Shown piece after piece: positions 47,636 through 57,655 of a DNA stretch of 64,000 bases; the stretch's first letter is position 1, and each line of letters begins with the position of its first letter. The notes below the pieces were generated by a model that saw only the letters and a list, made by a program, of their open reading frames with translations, was not told where the DNA came from and made no database searches. A program made the position numbers and the translations under genes. Source of the stretch: Parcubacteria bacterium RAAC4_OD1_1 (GTDB taxonomy: Bacteria > Patescibacteriota > Minisyncoccia > Phycocordibacterales > UBA9973); contig AWSN01000001.1 of NCBI GenBank assembly GCA_000505065.1, positions 559,929 to 623,928 on the forward strand, read 5' to 3'.

Positions 47636-48337
47636 CTACTTTTTTCCAAGTTTCTTAAAACGAATTTTTCTGGTTGATTCTAATTTTCTAGGAATATCAT
47701 AAATATCTTTTGTCTTTATTTTCTTTCCAGTATCTGCTTTAACATTTTCTGCAATTTCTTTTGCACTTAATCTATATTCCTTGAAAGATTCTGGGTCACA
47801 AACATTTCTATTTTTATAATATTTTTCAACAACTAATTTTGGCTCAATATTTTTCAATGGTCTTATTTCATTCAAATATTTATCAAAATAATCATTTGTT
47901 ATTTCTTTTAACTTAATTAAATCTTTATCTGTTAATTTTTCGTGTACCTTTACATTCACAGATTTTTTATTTTTATCCAGCCAGAAAGAAAAAGGCGGAA
48001 TTGGATATTTAACTTTATTGAAATAAATAAAATGTTCAATTATTGAGGAATAATGTTCAGGTAAATTAAATTCATTGATTATCTCTTTGATTCCATCGGC
48101 TAATATATTAAGAGGTCTTTCTCCTTCGTCTAACTTAGTAATTATTTTTCCCATTAGCAATTGACTATATATTTCTTTATCTATATCATCGGTTTCTTCA
48201 CTAAACATTTCTTTCGGAATTCCAATACTTTTTCTTATATTCTCAACTTTTTCTATAAACTCATCCATGGAAAATAACAACAAAATATTGTCCATTTCTT
48301 TGCTTCCAAGACTTCTTTTATTCTTATTTTTCTTCAT
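47636..48337 (-). CDS. hypothetical protein
   Basis: 233-aa ORF. Confidence 0.65.
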   Translation of the reverse strand: MKKNKNKRSLGSKEMDNILLLFSMDEFIEKVENIRKSIGIPKEMFSEETDDIDKEIYSQLLMGKIITKLDEGERPLNILADGIKEIINEFNLPEHYSSIIEHFIYFNKVKYPIPPFSFWLDKNKKSVNVKVHEKLTDKDLIKLKEITNDYFDKYLNEIRPLKNIEPKLVVEKYYKNRNVCDPESFKEYRLSAKEIAENVKADTGKKIKTKDIYDIPRKLESTRKIRFKKLGKK

Positions 48338-48417
48338 AACAGAATCTTATCATTATTTTAAATAAAGATTAATCATTAATAATTGGTTAATATGTCATTA
48401 TATGATAATATTTTCAT

Positions 48418-49248
48418 ATGAAAGAGAATATGCCATATAGAAATGATCCACCATTAAACATTAATGTATTTAGACATGGTGAATCAGAATATAAACAAAA
48501 AGATGTATCGATAGAAAATGCAAATGATTTAACCGAGAAAGGAATAGAAGATGTTAAAGATAGCGCGGTAAAATTATCTGAATTAATTAAACCAGAAGAA
48601 GAGGTTGAAATTTGGTCTTCACCTACAAGTAGAACATTACAAACTTCAAAAATAATTAGTGAGACACTAAAAAATAAAGGAATCCACATTAGAGAAAAGG
48701 GGTGTGATAACAATTTTGGAGTCAAAGTTTTTGATCAGCTATCTGAGGTAAAAAATTTTTCATGGAAGCTTTTTTATCCACTTGTTAATGGTGGTGATGT
48801 TGAATTCGAAGGAGAAAAGTTTCTTGTTGATAAAAAATTTACCAATCCACTTGATATTCATCTTAATGAATATTTTTCTAAAAATGGGATAGCTACCATT
48901 GATATAGATTATAAGAAAACATTACCCAGTAATTACGTAAAAGAAATAGATGGATTTGAAAAGTTTACAGATGCAGTAAGAAGAATTATCATACCGCTAT
49001 CAAGATTAAAAAAAATTAAAGATAAACCCTACCGTATAATCATGGTTACACATGATGTTTTTTCTGGATTTATTGCTAATATATTTTCTGCAGGAGAAGA
49101 TAGTGAAAAACATACTATTAATCCGGGAGAATTTATAAACATTGAACGGGATAATGATAAGTTAGTTGCTACTAAAGTTGGAGACTTTAGTGATGGAAAT
49201 AAAGATACTGATATAATTGAAGAATTTAATAATAAGTATGGTTCTTAA
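48418..49248 (+). CDS. histidine phosphatase family protein
   Basis: VFRHGES, LTEKG, WSSPTSRTLQT, MVTH. Confidence 0.88.
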   Translation: MKENMPYRNDPPLNINVFRHGESEYKQKDVSIENANDLTEKGIEDVKDSAVKLSELIKPEEEVEIWSSPTSRTLQTSKIISETLKNKGIHIREKGCDNNFGVKVFDQLSEVKNFSWKLFYPLVNGGDVEFEGEKFLVDKKFTNPLDIHLNEYFSKNGIATIDIDYKKTLPSNYVKEIDGFEKFTDAVRRIIIPLSRLKKIKDKPYRIIMVTHDVFSGFIANIFSAGEDSEKHTINPGEFINIERDNDKLVATKVGDFSDGNKDTDIIEEFNNKYGS

Positions 49249-50502
49249 TTATTTAAAATAAACTTTCCTAATTTTTGAGCCCAATAAAGAAGTAAAATAA
49301 TTTAAAAATTTATTATTACTTTTAGATACTTGATTTAAAGAGATTTTTTTATCATTATTTTTTACCAAAAAAACTCTCGTCCCTAAATTGCATTTATTTA
49401 TATTTGTTATATTTATAGCAAAATTATTAGAACTAATTAGCCCAAGATTATGAGTATGTTTTTTATTTAAAAAGACTGTTGCTTTTTCTGATAAATATCC
49501 TGTATTACCCCATCCTACAGGGATAGTGGCAACCTTTAATTTTTGTTTTGCTACATATTTTTTAAAATATCCAATAGCATCACCCTTACTAACATAATTT
49601 ATATCTGTTATGTGTGTTATCACTGATGAAATAATAGGATTATTTAAAAATCTACCTTTCTTATCTTGAAGAGTCCCATAAATAAGACACCCTGGTCTTA
49701 CAAAAACCTTAACACCAGGTAGAATATCATTAAATATTTTTTTATTATAAGATTTTTTAAAATTAATAATAGCAGAACTATTGGCACAATGTATTGATGA
49801 AATTTTTATCTTACTATAAGATACTTCCTTTAAAATATGTAAAAATTTATCAAACTGAATAGCTGTAAATTTTTTATCTTCGGCATCAGTAAAATGAGTC
49901 CACAAACTTTCTATTTTTATAAAGCTTAATTTAGAAGTATTATGAATTAATTTAAATGCTTTATTTACATTAACACCATATCGATTTAATCCAGTATTAA
50001 TTTGGATATGAACTTTTGCTATTTTATTTTTATCTTTTGCTATTTTATTTAATAAAACCATTAATTCATAAGAGCTAACAGTAATTTCGACATCCAAATC
50101 TAAAAGTTTTGAAAAATGATCATAGAATGGTGGATAAAGCAAAATAATAGGTGTTTTTATTTTATTTTCTCTGAGAATTATGGCTTCATCTATAGAACCA
50201 ACAGCAATTTTATCTGTGCCTAACTTTTCTAATATTTTAGCTATTGGTACTAACCCATGTCCATAAGCATTGGCCTTCAGAACAGAAATTATTCCTATGT
50301 TTAAACCAACTTCACTTGATATTTTTTTATAGTTTTCTTCTAATTGATATAAGTTAATATTCATCCAAGTTAATGGTAAATTATTTTTTTCTATTATTTT
50401 GCTTTTAATATTTTTATTAAAATAATTGTTTATATCAGTATTCCCTCTGATACTGAATAGGCCCCCGTCTTCTTTCTCATAATAAATATTTTCTTTAATC
50501 AT
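49249..50502 (-). CDS. alanine-racemase-family PLP enzyme (divergent)
   Basis: VLKANAYGHG, NTGLNRYG, THF, HCANSSA, VRPG, IGY; GLISSN replaces GRVCMD. Confidence 0.85.
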   Translation of the reverse strand: MIKENIYYEKEDGGLFSIRGNTDINNYFNKNIKSKIIEKNNLPLTWMNINLYQLEENYKKISSEVGLNIGIISVLKANAYGHGLVPIAKILEKLGTDKIAVGSIDEAIILRENKIKTPIILLYPPFYDHFSKLLDLDVEITVSSYELMVLLNKIAKDKNKIAKVHIQINTGLNRYGVNVNKAFKLIHNTSKLSFIKIESLWTHFTDAEDKKFTAIQFDKFLHILKEVSYSKIKISSIHCANSSAIINFKKSYNKKIFNDILPGVKVFVRPGCLIYGTLQDKKGRFLNNPIISSVITHITDINYVSKGDAIGYFKKYVAKQKLKVATIPVGWGNTGYLSEKATVFLNKKHTHNLGLISSNNFAINITNINKCNLGTRVFLVKNNDKKISLNQVSKSNNKFLNYFTSLLGSKIRKVYFK

Positions 50503-50514
50503 ATTAATAAAAAA

Positions 50515-51732
50515 TTAATCAAAACTATAATAAATATTCTTAAATCGTGAATTAAATTTAATTACGTTGTTTTTAATATTTTTCCCTTTTAGTGAATCAT
50601 CTATAAAAATAGCTATTTCTTCCATATCTTTTTCCCTCATACCTCTTCTTGTGATTTCTTGTGTGCCAAGCCTGATAAATAATCTATTCCCCAATCTGTC
50701 ATCAAAATTAGTTGATATATTATTCTTAACAAGGTTGTTGTATGTTTTCTTTCTATTACCAAAATTATCTATATACAAATGAACCTGATGATTTAATGAA
50801 TACAAACCGTCAGGCGTTCTCCTTACTTCATAACCAAGACTTTCTAAACTCGCCCCTAGCTGATTAGAATTTTTTATAATTTGTTTCGCATACTCTTTAC
50901 CATATTTTTTCATTTCAAGAATGGATATAGATAATGATATAAGATGATGTGTATGAGAAGAAGAAACCAGTCCTTTGCTAATAACATCATTTACTTTCTT
51001 GGCTAATTTTTTATTTTTAAAAGCAATTAATCCTTTTTGTGGCCCTGGAAGAGTTTTGTGTGTATTTGCACAAATAATATCAGCTCCTTCTTTGAGAGGT
51101 GATTGAAATTGCCCACCCATCATTAAACCTATTGTGTGGCTTGCATCATATATAATAATAGCCTTATTGCCTAATGATTTTCTTAGTACCTTAATATTTA
51201 TTGGATTAATACAATATGAGATATCTAAATATAATAGTTTACACTTTTTTTCTTTAAAAATATCCTTAATTTTTTTACTATCAAAATCTAAAGATTCTAA
51301 ATTAAATGGGGCATAGACATATTTTCTGCCAGTTCTTTTTAAAATGTGACTTGTTGCAAAATGCCCTCCATCTTTATGTGCTACAATCATTACAGTATCA
51401 CCTGGATTAGATAAAGAAAGTATAGCGCACATCATTGCATGCACACCAGAAAGACAAAGTGGTGTAAAACTCTCACAGTTTATCATTTTTTTCATTGATG
51501 AATTTGCTTCATCTATTAAATCCTGAATATCTTTAAGTCCAAGACATGTGAAAGGATTCCAATCTATAATTCCTTTTACACCTGAACCAAAGAAATATCT
51601 CTCAGATAATTTACTGAATAAAAAGCCATTGGCTGTCTCAGAAAGCTGATTTTCATATGCAGTTAAATGCAAGAAATTACTATTCCTTTTTTCTAACTTT
51701 TTTATATTACTAATTAATTTATTTATTTTCAT
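50515..51732 (-). CDS. SHMT-fold PLP enzyme, L-threonine-transaldolase-like
   Basis: LTAYEN, LSGVHAM, GGHFAT, YDASHTIGL, ANTHKTLPGPQKG, RLGTQEITRRG. Confidence 0.72.
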   Translation of the reverse strand: MKINKLISNIKKLEKRNSNFLHLTAYENQLSETANGFLFSKLSERYFFGSGVKGIIDWNPFTCLGLKDIQDLIDEANSSMKKMINCESFTPLCLSGVHAMMCAILSLSNPGDTVMIVAHKDGGHFATSHILKRTGRKYVYAPFNLESLDFDSKKIKDIFKEKKCKLLYLDISYCINPINIKVLRKSLGNKAIIIYDASHTIGLMMGGQFQSPLKEGADIICANTHKTLPGPQKGLIAFKNKKLAKKVNDVISKGLVSSSHTHHLISLSISILEMKKYGKEYAKQIIKNSNQLGASLESLGYEVRRTPDGLYSLNHQVHLYIDNFGNRKKTYNNLVKNNISTNFDDRLGNRLFIRLGTQEITRRGMREKDMEEIAIFIDDSLKGKNIKNNVIKFNSRFKNIYYSFD

Positions 51733-51735
51733 AAC

Positions 51736-53112
51736 TTATATTTTTACGTATAAAATCATTAACTTATTGCTATTTCGCATTTTTATAAGTACATTTTTAA
51801 TCTCTTGTAAGCTAATCTTATTATAATCAATTTCAATCTTATCTATTTTTTTATCAATATTATAAATACTGGAAATTAATTTTTGCCCACCAGTGGAAAC
51901 AGAACCATTATTATCTATAACAATAATCCCCATTGAAATCTTTCTAGAAACAGCTTCAGATAGTGCTTGAATTCCGCTATGTAAAAAAGAAGCATCCCCA
52001 GTAATACAAAATGGATATTGAACTCCCCCTAAAACAAGACCAATGCCATTCCCGACAGAAGATCCTAAACATAGGCAAGAATCAATCACATGTGTCGATT
52101 CAACTGTGAATTGTCCTACGTCACCAACTACAAAACTTGGTTTTATAGATTTAATTGCTTTAAATAATTTAGATAAATTATCCCAAACAATCCAATTCTT
52201 AGATTCATCAGAAATAATTTTAATCTTTGATTTTAGGACCAGATTCTTATTTTTGTTTTGAATTAAATTCTCAATTTTTTTGAAGACTAAATCATCTCCT
52301 TGTTCAAGAACAACAACTTCATTTTTTTTATTAATAAATTTTTGAATTGTTTTTTTGGGGATGGGATATGTTTCAATAAATAATTTATCCCAGTATTTAT
52401 ACTTTTTTAAATATGACTCCTCTAATGAAGCCCCAACAGCTATAACACCTAATTTACTTTTTTTATATGGTATATACTTTATAAATTTATCAACAAAATT
52501 ATCGATCTCAATATTTTTTTGGTCTAATCTTTTTTTCTGTTCTAACCAATAATTTGGGTAAATTATATATTTATTACTATTTTTGGATATCTTTATTTTA
52601 TCTAATTTTATTTTGTCTAATTTTTTATAATCATCAATTAAATTAAAAAAATTATTTGTAAGACGTATAACAACAGGAGTATCATATTTTTCTGATAAAT
52701 AAAAAGACTGTCGTGCAATATTATATGCAGAATTTAATGAATTAGGCTCAAACCACATCCCACCAAAGAAATCATGGTAATGCCTTGAATCTTGTCTTTC
52801 TTGTGATGCAACAACATCAACATCTTCTGTAATAACAATAACCATCCCCCCATTAACTCCAGATAATAATGAATGTAAAAATGGGTCAGATGCAACATTT
52901 AGCCCAATATTTTTTATTGTTAAAAGACTTCTTTTTCCTGACAAACTAATCCCATAAGATATATCAAAAGCTACTCTTTCATTCAATGATATTCTATCCC
53001 CGTTAAGATTATCAAAAATTTCATGACTATAAAAACCTGGGAAATTTATAACATTATCAACTCCGCCATCAATAAAACCGTCACACAATGTTTTTATAGA
53101 TTTTTTAATCAT
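51736..53112 (-). CDS. ThDP-dependent enzyme (IorA-like, no ferredoxin domain)
   Basis: NERVAF, KNIGLNVASD, QDSR, GDASFLHSG...IDNNGSVSTGGQ. Confidence 0.82.
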   Translation of the reverse strand: MIKKSIKTLCDGFIDGGVDNVINFPGFYSHEIFDNLNGDRISLNERVAFDISYGISLSGKRSLLTIKNIGLNVASDPFLHSLLSGVNGGMVIVITEDVDVVASQERQDSRHYHDFFGGMWFEPNSLNSAYNIARQSFYLSEKYDTPVVIRLTNNFFNLIDDYKKLDKIKLDKIKISKNSNKYIIYPNYWLEQKKRLDQKNIEIDNFVDKFIKYIPYKKSKLGVIAVGASLEESYLKKYKYWDKLFIETYPIPKKTIQKFINKKNEVVVLEQGDDLVFKKIENLIQNKNKNLVLKSKIKIISDESKNWIVWDNLSKLFKAIKSIKPSFVVGDVGQFTVESTHVIDSCLCLGSSVGNGIGLVLGGVQYPFCITGDASFLHSGIQALSEAVSRKISMGIIVIDNNGSVSTGGQKLISSIYNIDKKIDKIEIDYNKISLQEIKNVLIKMRNSNKLMILYVKI

Positions 53113-54584
53113 ATTTCAATTTTAGATTTTATTAATGGGCTATCATTATTTTCAAAATTAATATTTGATTTATAAATTAAACTCATTATTTTTGCGGGAA
53201 TATCATGTGATGTTATATTAGACAACATAGAATTTATATCAATAAAACCTCCTAAATAATTTAAAAATTCTAATATCACCAATTCTTTTGCGGTTTCATG
53301 AAATAATTTATTATCCTGAAAGTCATTTTCCTTATCTAAATCTTTGAGATTATAAACTTTTAATGGTAATTCATCTTTGCTAAACATTTTTGCATTTCTA
53401 AAAACATAAATATCAAAATGATTATTCCCCCCTAAATTATAATCGTGAACAGTATTTTTATCTTGCATATCATTAGATTGATAATTATGTATTTGTATAC
53501 ACTGAAATGGACCTTGTTGTATATAATAATATTGATGCTTTACTCTTCCGTTTCCTTTATATAAATCATCATTGGGCTTAATCCATGCTCTTCTTGAAAA
53601 ACTGTTGTGAAGTAAATTTACTGATATATTACAAATATTTATATTATTTTTTGTTAATTTTATATTAGAAAAAATATCTATTTCCCCATAGTTTTTATAT
53701 AGTTCTTTAAGCTCTATTTCATCTCTTCTTTTACATTTATTATAAACTTCTTTACCAAAATAATTCTCATAATCTTTTTGCCCAAATTGAACCAATAAAC
53801 CTTCTGGATTAAGAAAAGATGAATATACCTCTATTCCATCTGGTTCTTTATCTTTTACTAAACCATTTTTATAGAGTTGCCAAATTATATCAAAAATATG
53901 ATAACTACTATGTGACCCCTTACCATAACCCAAATTATATGGATGATATGTTTGTTCAACTATTTCATCTGGAAATATCCATACCCCATCTGAGTGCATT
54001 GCCTGTATTGATGTTACTGGTGCATTAAATTTTTCTGAAACTTCTTTAATTAAATCAAATACTTTTAAATATCCTTTTTCATATCTTCGCTGTACATTTA
54101 TAGAAAAAACTGTTTCTTTTTCTTTTTGTAATTTTAAATAAGCTTTCAGTATTTCCTCATAGTCATCATAAATACCATCAGCCTGTTTTATATTATGACT
54201 AACATTTTTTCTTGTTGAAATTGGTTTATCCATTAAAATATTTAAACCTTGACTAATTGCCCATAATGCATAACTTTTATGAGCTAATGGTTCCGTAGAA
54301 ATAACAACACCTGTTATATTATTTTCTTTAACAGCAATAGAAAGTAAATCTCTGTTTTCTTCTGATAATTCTTGAGTATTATCATAATCCTCAATGTAAA
54401 ACATTTTTAGGTTAAAATTATTAGAATCAAGATAGTCTTCTATATTATTTTTTTTACTTTTAAAATCTACTCCTAATTTTAAACAAAAAGGCATATTATC
54501 CATATGTTTAAACAATGTTGGAATATAAATTCTCTTTGCATGCAATCCAACCCCTATTATCATTATGTTATTACATATGGGCAT
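53109..54584 (-). CDS. Gfo/Idh/MocA family oxidoreductase
   Basis: IIGVGLHA, ISTEPLAH, ILMDKP, NVQRRY, HSSYHIFD. Confidence 0.82.
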   Translation of the reverse strand: MPICNNIMIIGVGLHAKRIYIPTLFKHMDNMPFCLKLGVDFKSKKNNIEDYLDSNNFNLKMFYIEDYDNTQELSEENRDLLSIAVKENNITGVVISTEPLAHKSYALWAISQGLNILMDKPISTRKNVSHNIKQADGIYDDYEEILKAYLKLQKEKETVFSINVQRRYEKGYLKVFDLIKEVSEKFNAPVTSIQAMHSDGVWIFPDEIVEQTYHPYNLGYGKGSHSSYHIFDIIWQLYKNGLVKDKEPDGIEVYSSFLNPEGLLVQFGQKDYENYFGKEVYNKCKRRDEIELKELYKNYGEIDIFSNIKLTKNNINICNISVNLLHNSFSRRAWIKPNDDLYKGNGRVKHQYYYIQQGPFQCIQIHNYQSNDMQDKNTVHDYNLGGNNHFDIYVFRNAKMFSKDELPLKVYNLKDLDKENDFQDNKLFHETAKELVILEFLNYLGGFIDINSMLSNITSHDIPAKIMSLIYKSNINFENNDSPLIKSKIEI

Positions 54585-54670
54585 ATAATATATAGTAACT
54601 ATATCATTATCTGTTAAAAATTAAAATGTATACCTTATGTTGTTGATTGGCCATATGATATAATTACTAA

Positions 54671-55660
54671 ATGAGTAAACATGATATTTATATTAAAAAA
54701 ATTATAAAATTTAAAGTTGGTGGTAATCTATTGAAATCTAAAAGAATATTGGGTGGACATAGTGGTTATGTATATGCAGTTAGCGTAAAATTAAATTCTA
54801 ATATAAATGAATACATCATAAAATTATCAAATATAATAGGTTCAAAATCATTGAGGGATGAAAAAAATGAGCAACGAGTATATGGAGGTCATTCAAAAAG
54901 TCTAGCTAAGGTTCATAATCTTCTTAAAAAGAAAAATTTAAAAACATTTACTTTAATATCACACTCGTTACCAAACAAAGAAATACCATATTTCTACCAA
55001 TTAATTTCTAAATTAAATGGATTTTCTGTGAGAGAACATTTAGTGATTAATAATATTAATAAAAAAGAATTATTTGAATTAGCTGGTGTTGAATTTGCTA
55101 AATTACATTTAATAACAAGAAATTATGACGGTTGGGTGGAACAAGATACTCCATATAATATAAGCTGGGAGGAATCTTTTTTTTCAGCATTAGATTTTAG
55201 ATTAAAATATTTAATAGAAAATAAATATTTTAATGACAAAGATTCAAAAAAATTAATTCATTTTATTAAAAATAAAAAAATAAAATGGACGTCACCCAAA
55301 GAATATGTTTTTTCTCATGTGGATGGGTTACAAGGGATGGTTGAGTATAAAAAAAATAATTGGATATTTAATGGACATATTGATTTAGAAGATTATAGAT
55401 TTACTGATCAAAGATTTGTTTTAGCTGGATTTGAAATTGGAGCAAATTATTCAACAAAAGAAGCTCCTATTAATTTTTGGGACGGTTATTTAAAATTTAA
55501 AAAGATAGATAAGAGTTACCATGAATTAAAAGATTTATTTAAAGTATTTTACTTTATGTCTTGGATACATATGACTGCTCTTAGTTTAAAAAATGATAAA
55601 TTGTCTCGAAAAATAAGTAAAATTTATATTAAAAAAATAAAGATATTAATGATTAAATAA
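54671..55660 (+). CDS. aminoglycoside-phosphotransferase/kinase-like protein
   Basis: GGHSGYVY, YIIK, FAKLH, FSHVD, GHIDLED. Confidence 0.7.
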   Translation: MSKHDIYIKKIIKFKVGGNLLKSKRILGGHSGYVYAVSVKLNSNINEYIIKLSNIIGSKSLRDEKNEQRVYGGHSKSLAKVHNLLKKKNLKTFTLISHSLPNKEIPYFYQLISKLNGFSVREHLVINNINKKELFELAGVEFAKLHLITRNYDGWVEQDTPYNISWEESFFSALDFRLKYLIENKYFNDKDSKKLIHFIKNKKIKWTSPKEYVFSHVDGLQGMVEYKKNNWIFNGHIDLEDYRFTDQRFVLAGFEIGANYSTKEAPINFWDGYLKFKKIDKSYHELKDLFKVFYFMSWIHMTALSLKNDKLSRKISKIYIKKIKILMIK

Positions 55661-55665
55661 ATGAT

Positions 55666-55760
55666 ATGTCTTTATCCTTAGAATCAGCTCAAAATTATTT
55701 AGAAAAAAGAAGTAAAAGTTGTCATAGATAGACAACTTGGTTCTCCTCATCCAAAATATG
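55666..55760 (+). pseudogene. frameshifted 5' fragment of an inorganic pyrophosphatase-like gene
   Basis: MSLSLESAQNYLEK / EVKVVIDRQLGSPHPKY across an A-run frameshift. Confidence 0.45.
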
Positions 55761-56171
55761 AATATAATAAAGAAAATAAAAGAATTAAATTTACCCAAAG
55801 ACCAATATATAGTTGTTGGTAGTGGTATTTTAGACATGTTAGGAATTAGAAAATCTAATGATATAGATATTGCAGTTACAAAAGATTTATTCGATAAAAT
55901 GAGAAAAACTGATGAATGGGAAGAAGTAGAAAAATACAATAAAATTTTTCTCAAAAAAGAAGGTTTTGATATTATCCCTCAGTTAGATTGGGAAAATTAT
56001 ACCACCACCACAGAAGAAGCAATATCTAGTGCTTTAATAATAGAGGGTATTCCATTTATGAATTTAAATGAACTTATTAAATTCAAAACTGCATTAGGAA
56101 GAGAAAAAGATTTTAAGGACATAGAACTTATTAAAGAGTATTCAACTAAGAAACTAGAAAAAAGGCCTTAG
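55758..56171 (+). CDS. nucleotidyltransferase-like hypothetical protein
   Basis: VVGSG..LGIRKSNDIDI, LGREKDFKDI. Confidence 0.7.
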   Translation: MNIIKKIKELNLPKDQYIVVGSGILDMLGIRKSNDIDIAVTKDLFDKMRKTDEWEEVEKYNKIFLKKEGFDIIPQLDWENYTTTTEEAISSALIIEGIPFMNLNELIKFKTALGREKDFKDIELIKEYSTKKLEKRP

Positions 56172-56265
56172 CGTGTCGCATTTGTCGCATTTTTGGTAAA
56201 AGAGCTATAGATAGCAATAAACGAAGAGTGACTCACAGGGCTAATTTAGAGTCCTTTAAATGTGT

Positions 56266-56319
56266 TAAAATACCTTTACAAGGGTTGAACTCGTGGGTAC
56301 TGAACTCACATGGCCCGCA
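56266..56319 (+). repeat. degenerate tRNA-3'-like direct repeat A
   Basis: taaaatacctttacaagggttgaactcgtgggtactgaactcacatggcccgca; relatives at 57573 and 58471. Confidence 0.55.
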
Positions 56320-56487
56320 ATAAAATAACGAACCCAATGTGAAAACATTGGGTGATTTATTTTATAGGAGAATGGTGGATTCGAACCGAGGGCTTGCGAA
56401 GCCTGCGGTAGCGGAAAGCCCGAGTGGGGGTCGAACGAGTGAGATATTTTATGAATGAGAATAAAATAAAATATCCACGAGAGTGAC

Positions 56488-56521
56488 CGAATCTCACCGC
56501 TTTCACAGAAAAATAAAGTAT
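56488..56521 (+). repeat. degenerate attR of tRNA-Ser
   Basis: cgaatctcaccgctttcacagaaaaataaagtat vs cgaatctcaccgcttccgcaggaaaaataaagtat. Confidence 0.75.
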
Positions 56522-56567
56522 ATGTAATTCAATTACCTTAATTTAATATTTAAGGTATAATTTATGA

Positions 56568-57551
56568 ATGAAAGAATTATTAAAAATAAACAAGGTAGAA
56601 AATATTGATAATGAGGAAAAAAATACCCCAGAGTTAGAACAGAACCCTGATTTAGCTAATGCTGCATATGAAACTTTAGGTTTTAAAGGAAAAGATTTTG
56701 TTTATACTTCTGAATTAATAGATGAGGTTATCGAAAAACCTGATTTTGAAGAATTATTACCGGTTGCTCAAATTTTTAAACATAAAGATAGAATAAATCA
56801 TACCAAAGTTTTTTTGGGTAAAAATGTTCGATCGGTAAATTTTTTAAATCAAAACACAATAGCTCTTGGTCAAACAACAAATTTTATAGAGAATAATAAA
56901 ATAGCCAATAATATTTTTGTTTTTGATAAAAAATATTACGAAGCACTAGGTAAACCTGAAAGAGAAAGTCAGCAGTCCACTTTATTACACGAAGAGATAC
57001 ACAGATATACTTCATTTATAATTGGAGAATATAAAAAAATAGCCAAATTCCCTGGTATTGAATATTGTGAAAAATTTAAGGAACATTTTAATTCCCTTGG
57101 TATTCATGATGTGTCTTTAGAAATTGAATTCTTAAAAGAATATTTTAACTTATTTGAAATATATAAAAATCAAGGAGGATGGCTTAATTCAATTGAGTTT
57201 ATTACATATGGGTTAACAAATAAAGGAGGGGTTGATTTTCTAAAAAATATTAGATTGCATGGCAGAGAACTTTCTAAAAGGAGTCAAGATTCACTTAATA
57301 ATCTCACACTATATGATGCTCTATTAGATTTATTTAAATATTACTATACAAACTTATCTGATGATGTTTATGCTTCTTCTACAGATACAGTTAAGTTAAA
57401 ATTTGACAGCGTTTTAGTATCTACAGAACAAAAAAATAAAGCTGAGCAAATATATTTAGAATATATAAAAACTTTAGCAAGTAAAAACGATATAACAAAA
57501 GAAGGATTTATCGATTTTATAAAAACAAAAGAATTAGGTTCACATATTTAG
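56568..57551 (+). CDS. hypothetical protein with HExxH zincin-like motif
   Basis: TLLHEEIHRYT ... IEFITYGLTN. Confidence 0.65.
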   Translation: MKELLKINKVENIDNEEKNTPELEQNPDLANAAYETLGFKGKDFVYTSELIDEVIEKPDFEELLPVAQIFKHKDRINHTKVFLGKNVRSVNFLNQNTIALGQTTNFIENNKIANNIFVFDKKYYEALGKPERESQQSTLLHEEIHRYTSFIIGEYKKIAKFPGIEYCEKFKEHFNSLGIHDVSLEIEFLKEYFNLFEIYKNQGGWLNSIEFITYGLTNKGGVDFLKNIRLHGRELSKRSQDSLNNLTLYDALLDLFKYYYTNLSDDVYASSTDTVKLKFDSVLVSTEQKNKAEQIYLEYIKTLASKNDITKEGFIDFIKTKELGSHI

Positions 57552-57572
57552 CTTATTATCTTTAAAATATAC

Positions 57573-57625
57573 TAAAATACTATACAGGGTTTGAGTTTGT
57601 GGGTATCGAAATCACCACCTCCGTA
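57573..57625 (+). repeat. degenerate tRNA-3'-like direct repeat B
   Basis: taaaatactatacagggtttgagtttgtgggtatcgaaatcaccacctccgta. Confidence 0.55.
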
Positions 57626-57655
57626 ATTATATAATCTTTATGTTATAATATATCT

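Larger units (their letters stand above)
45509..56521. mobile_element. decayed genomic island at tRNA-Ser
   Basis: 45491-45525 is imperfectly repeated at 56488-56521; serine-recombinase remnant; very AT-rich accessory cargo. Confidence 0.65.

Noticed and set aside
49249-51732. Housekeeping alr and glyA
   Set aside because: Key motifs diverge and the genes sit in an island operon, so gene symbols were withheld
51736-53112. Functional indolepyruvate:ferredoxin oxidoreductase
   Set aside because: No C-terminal Fe-S motifs and no beta-subunit gene nearby
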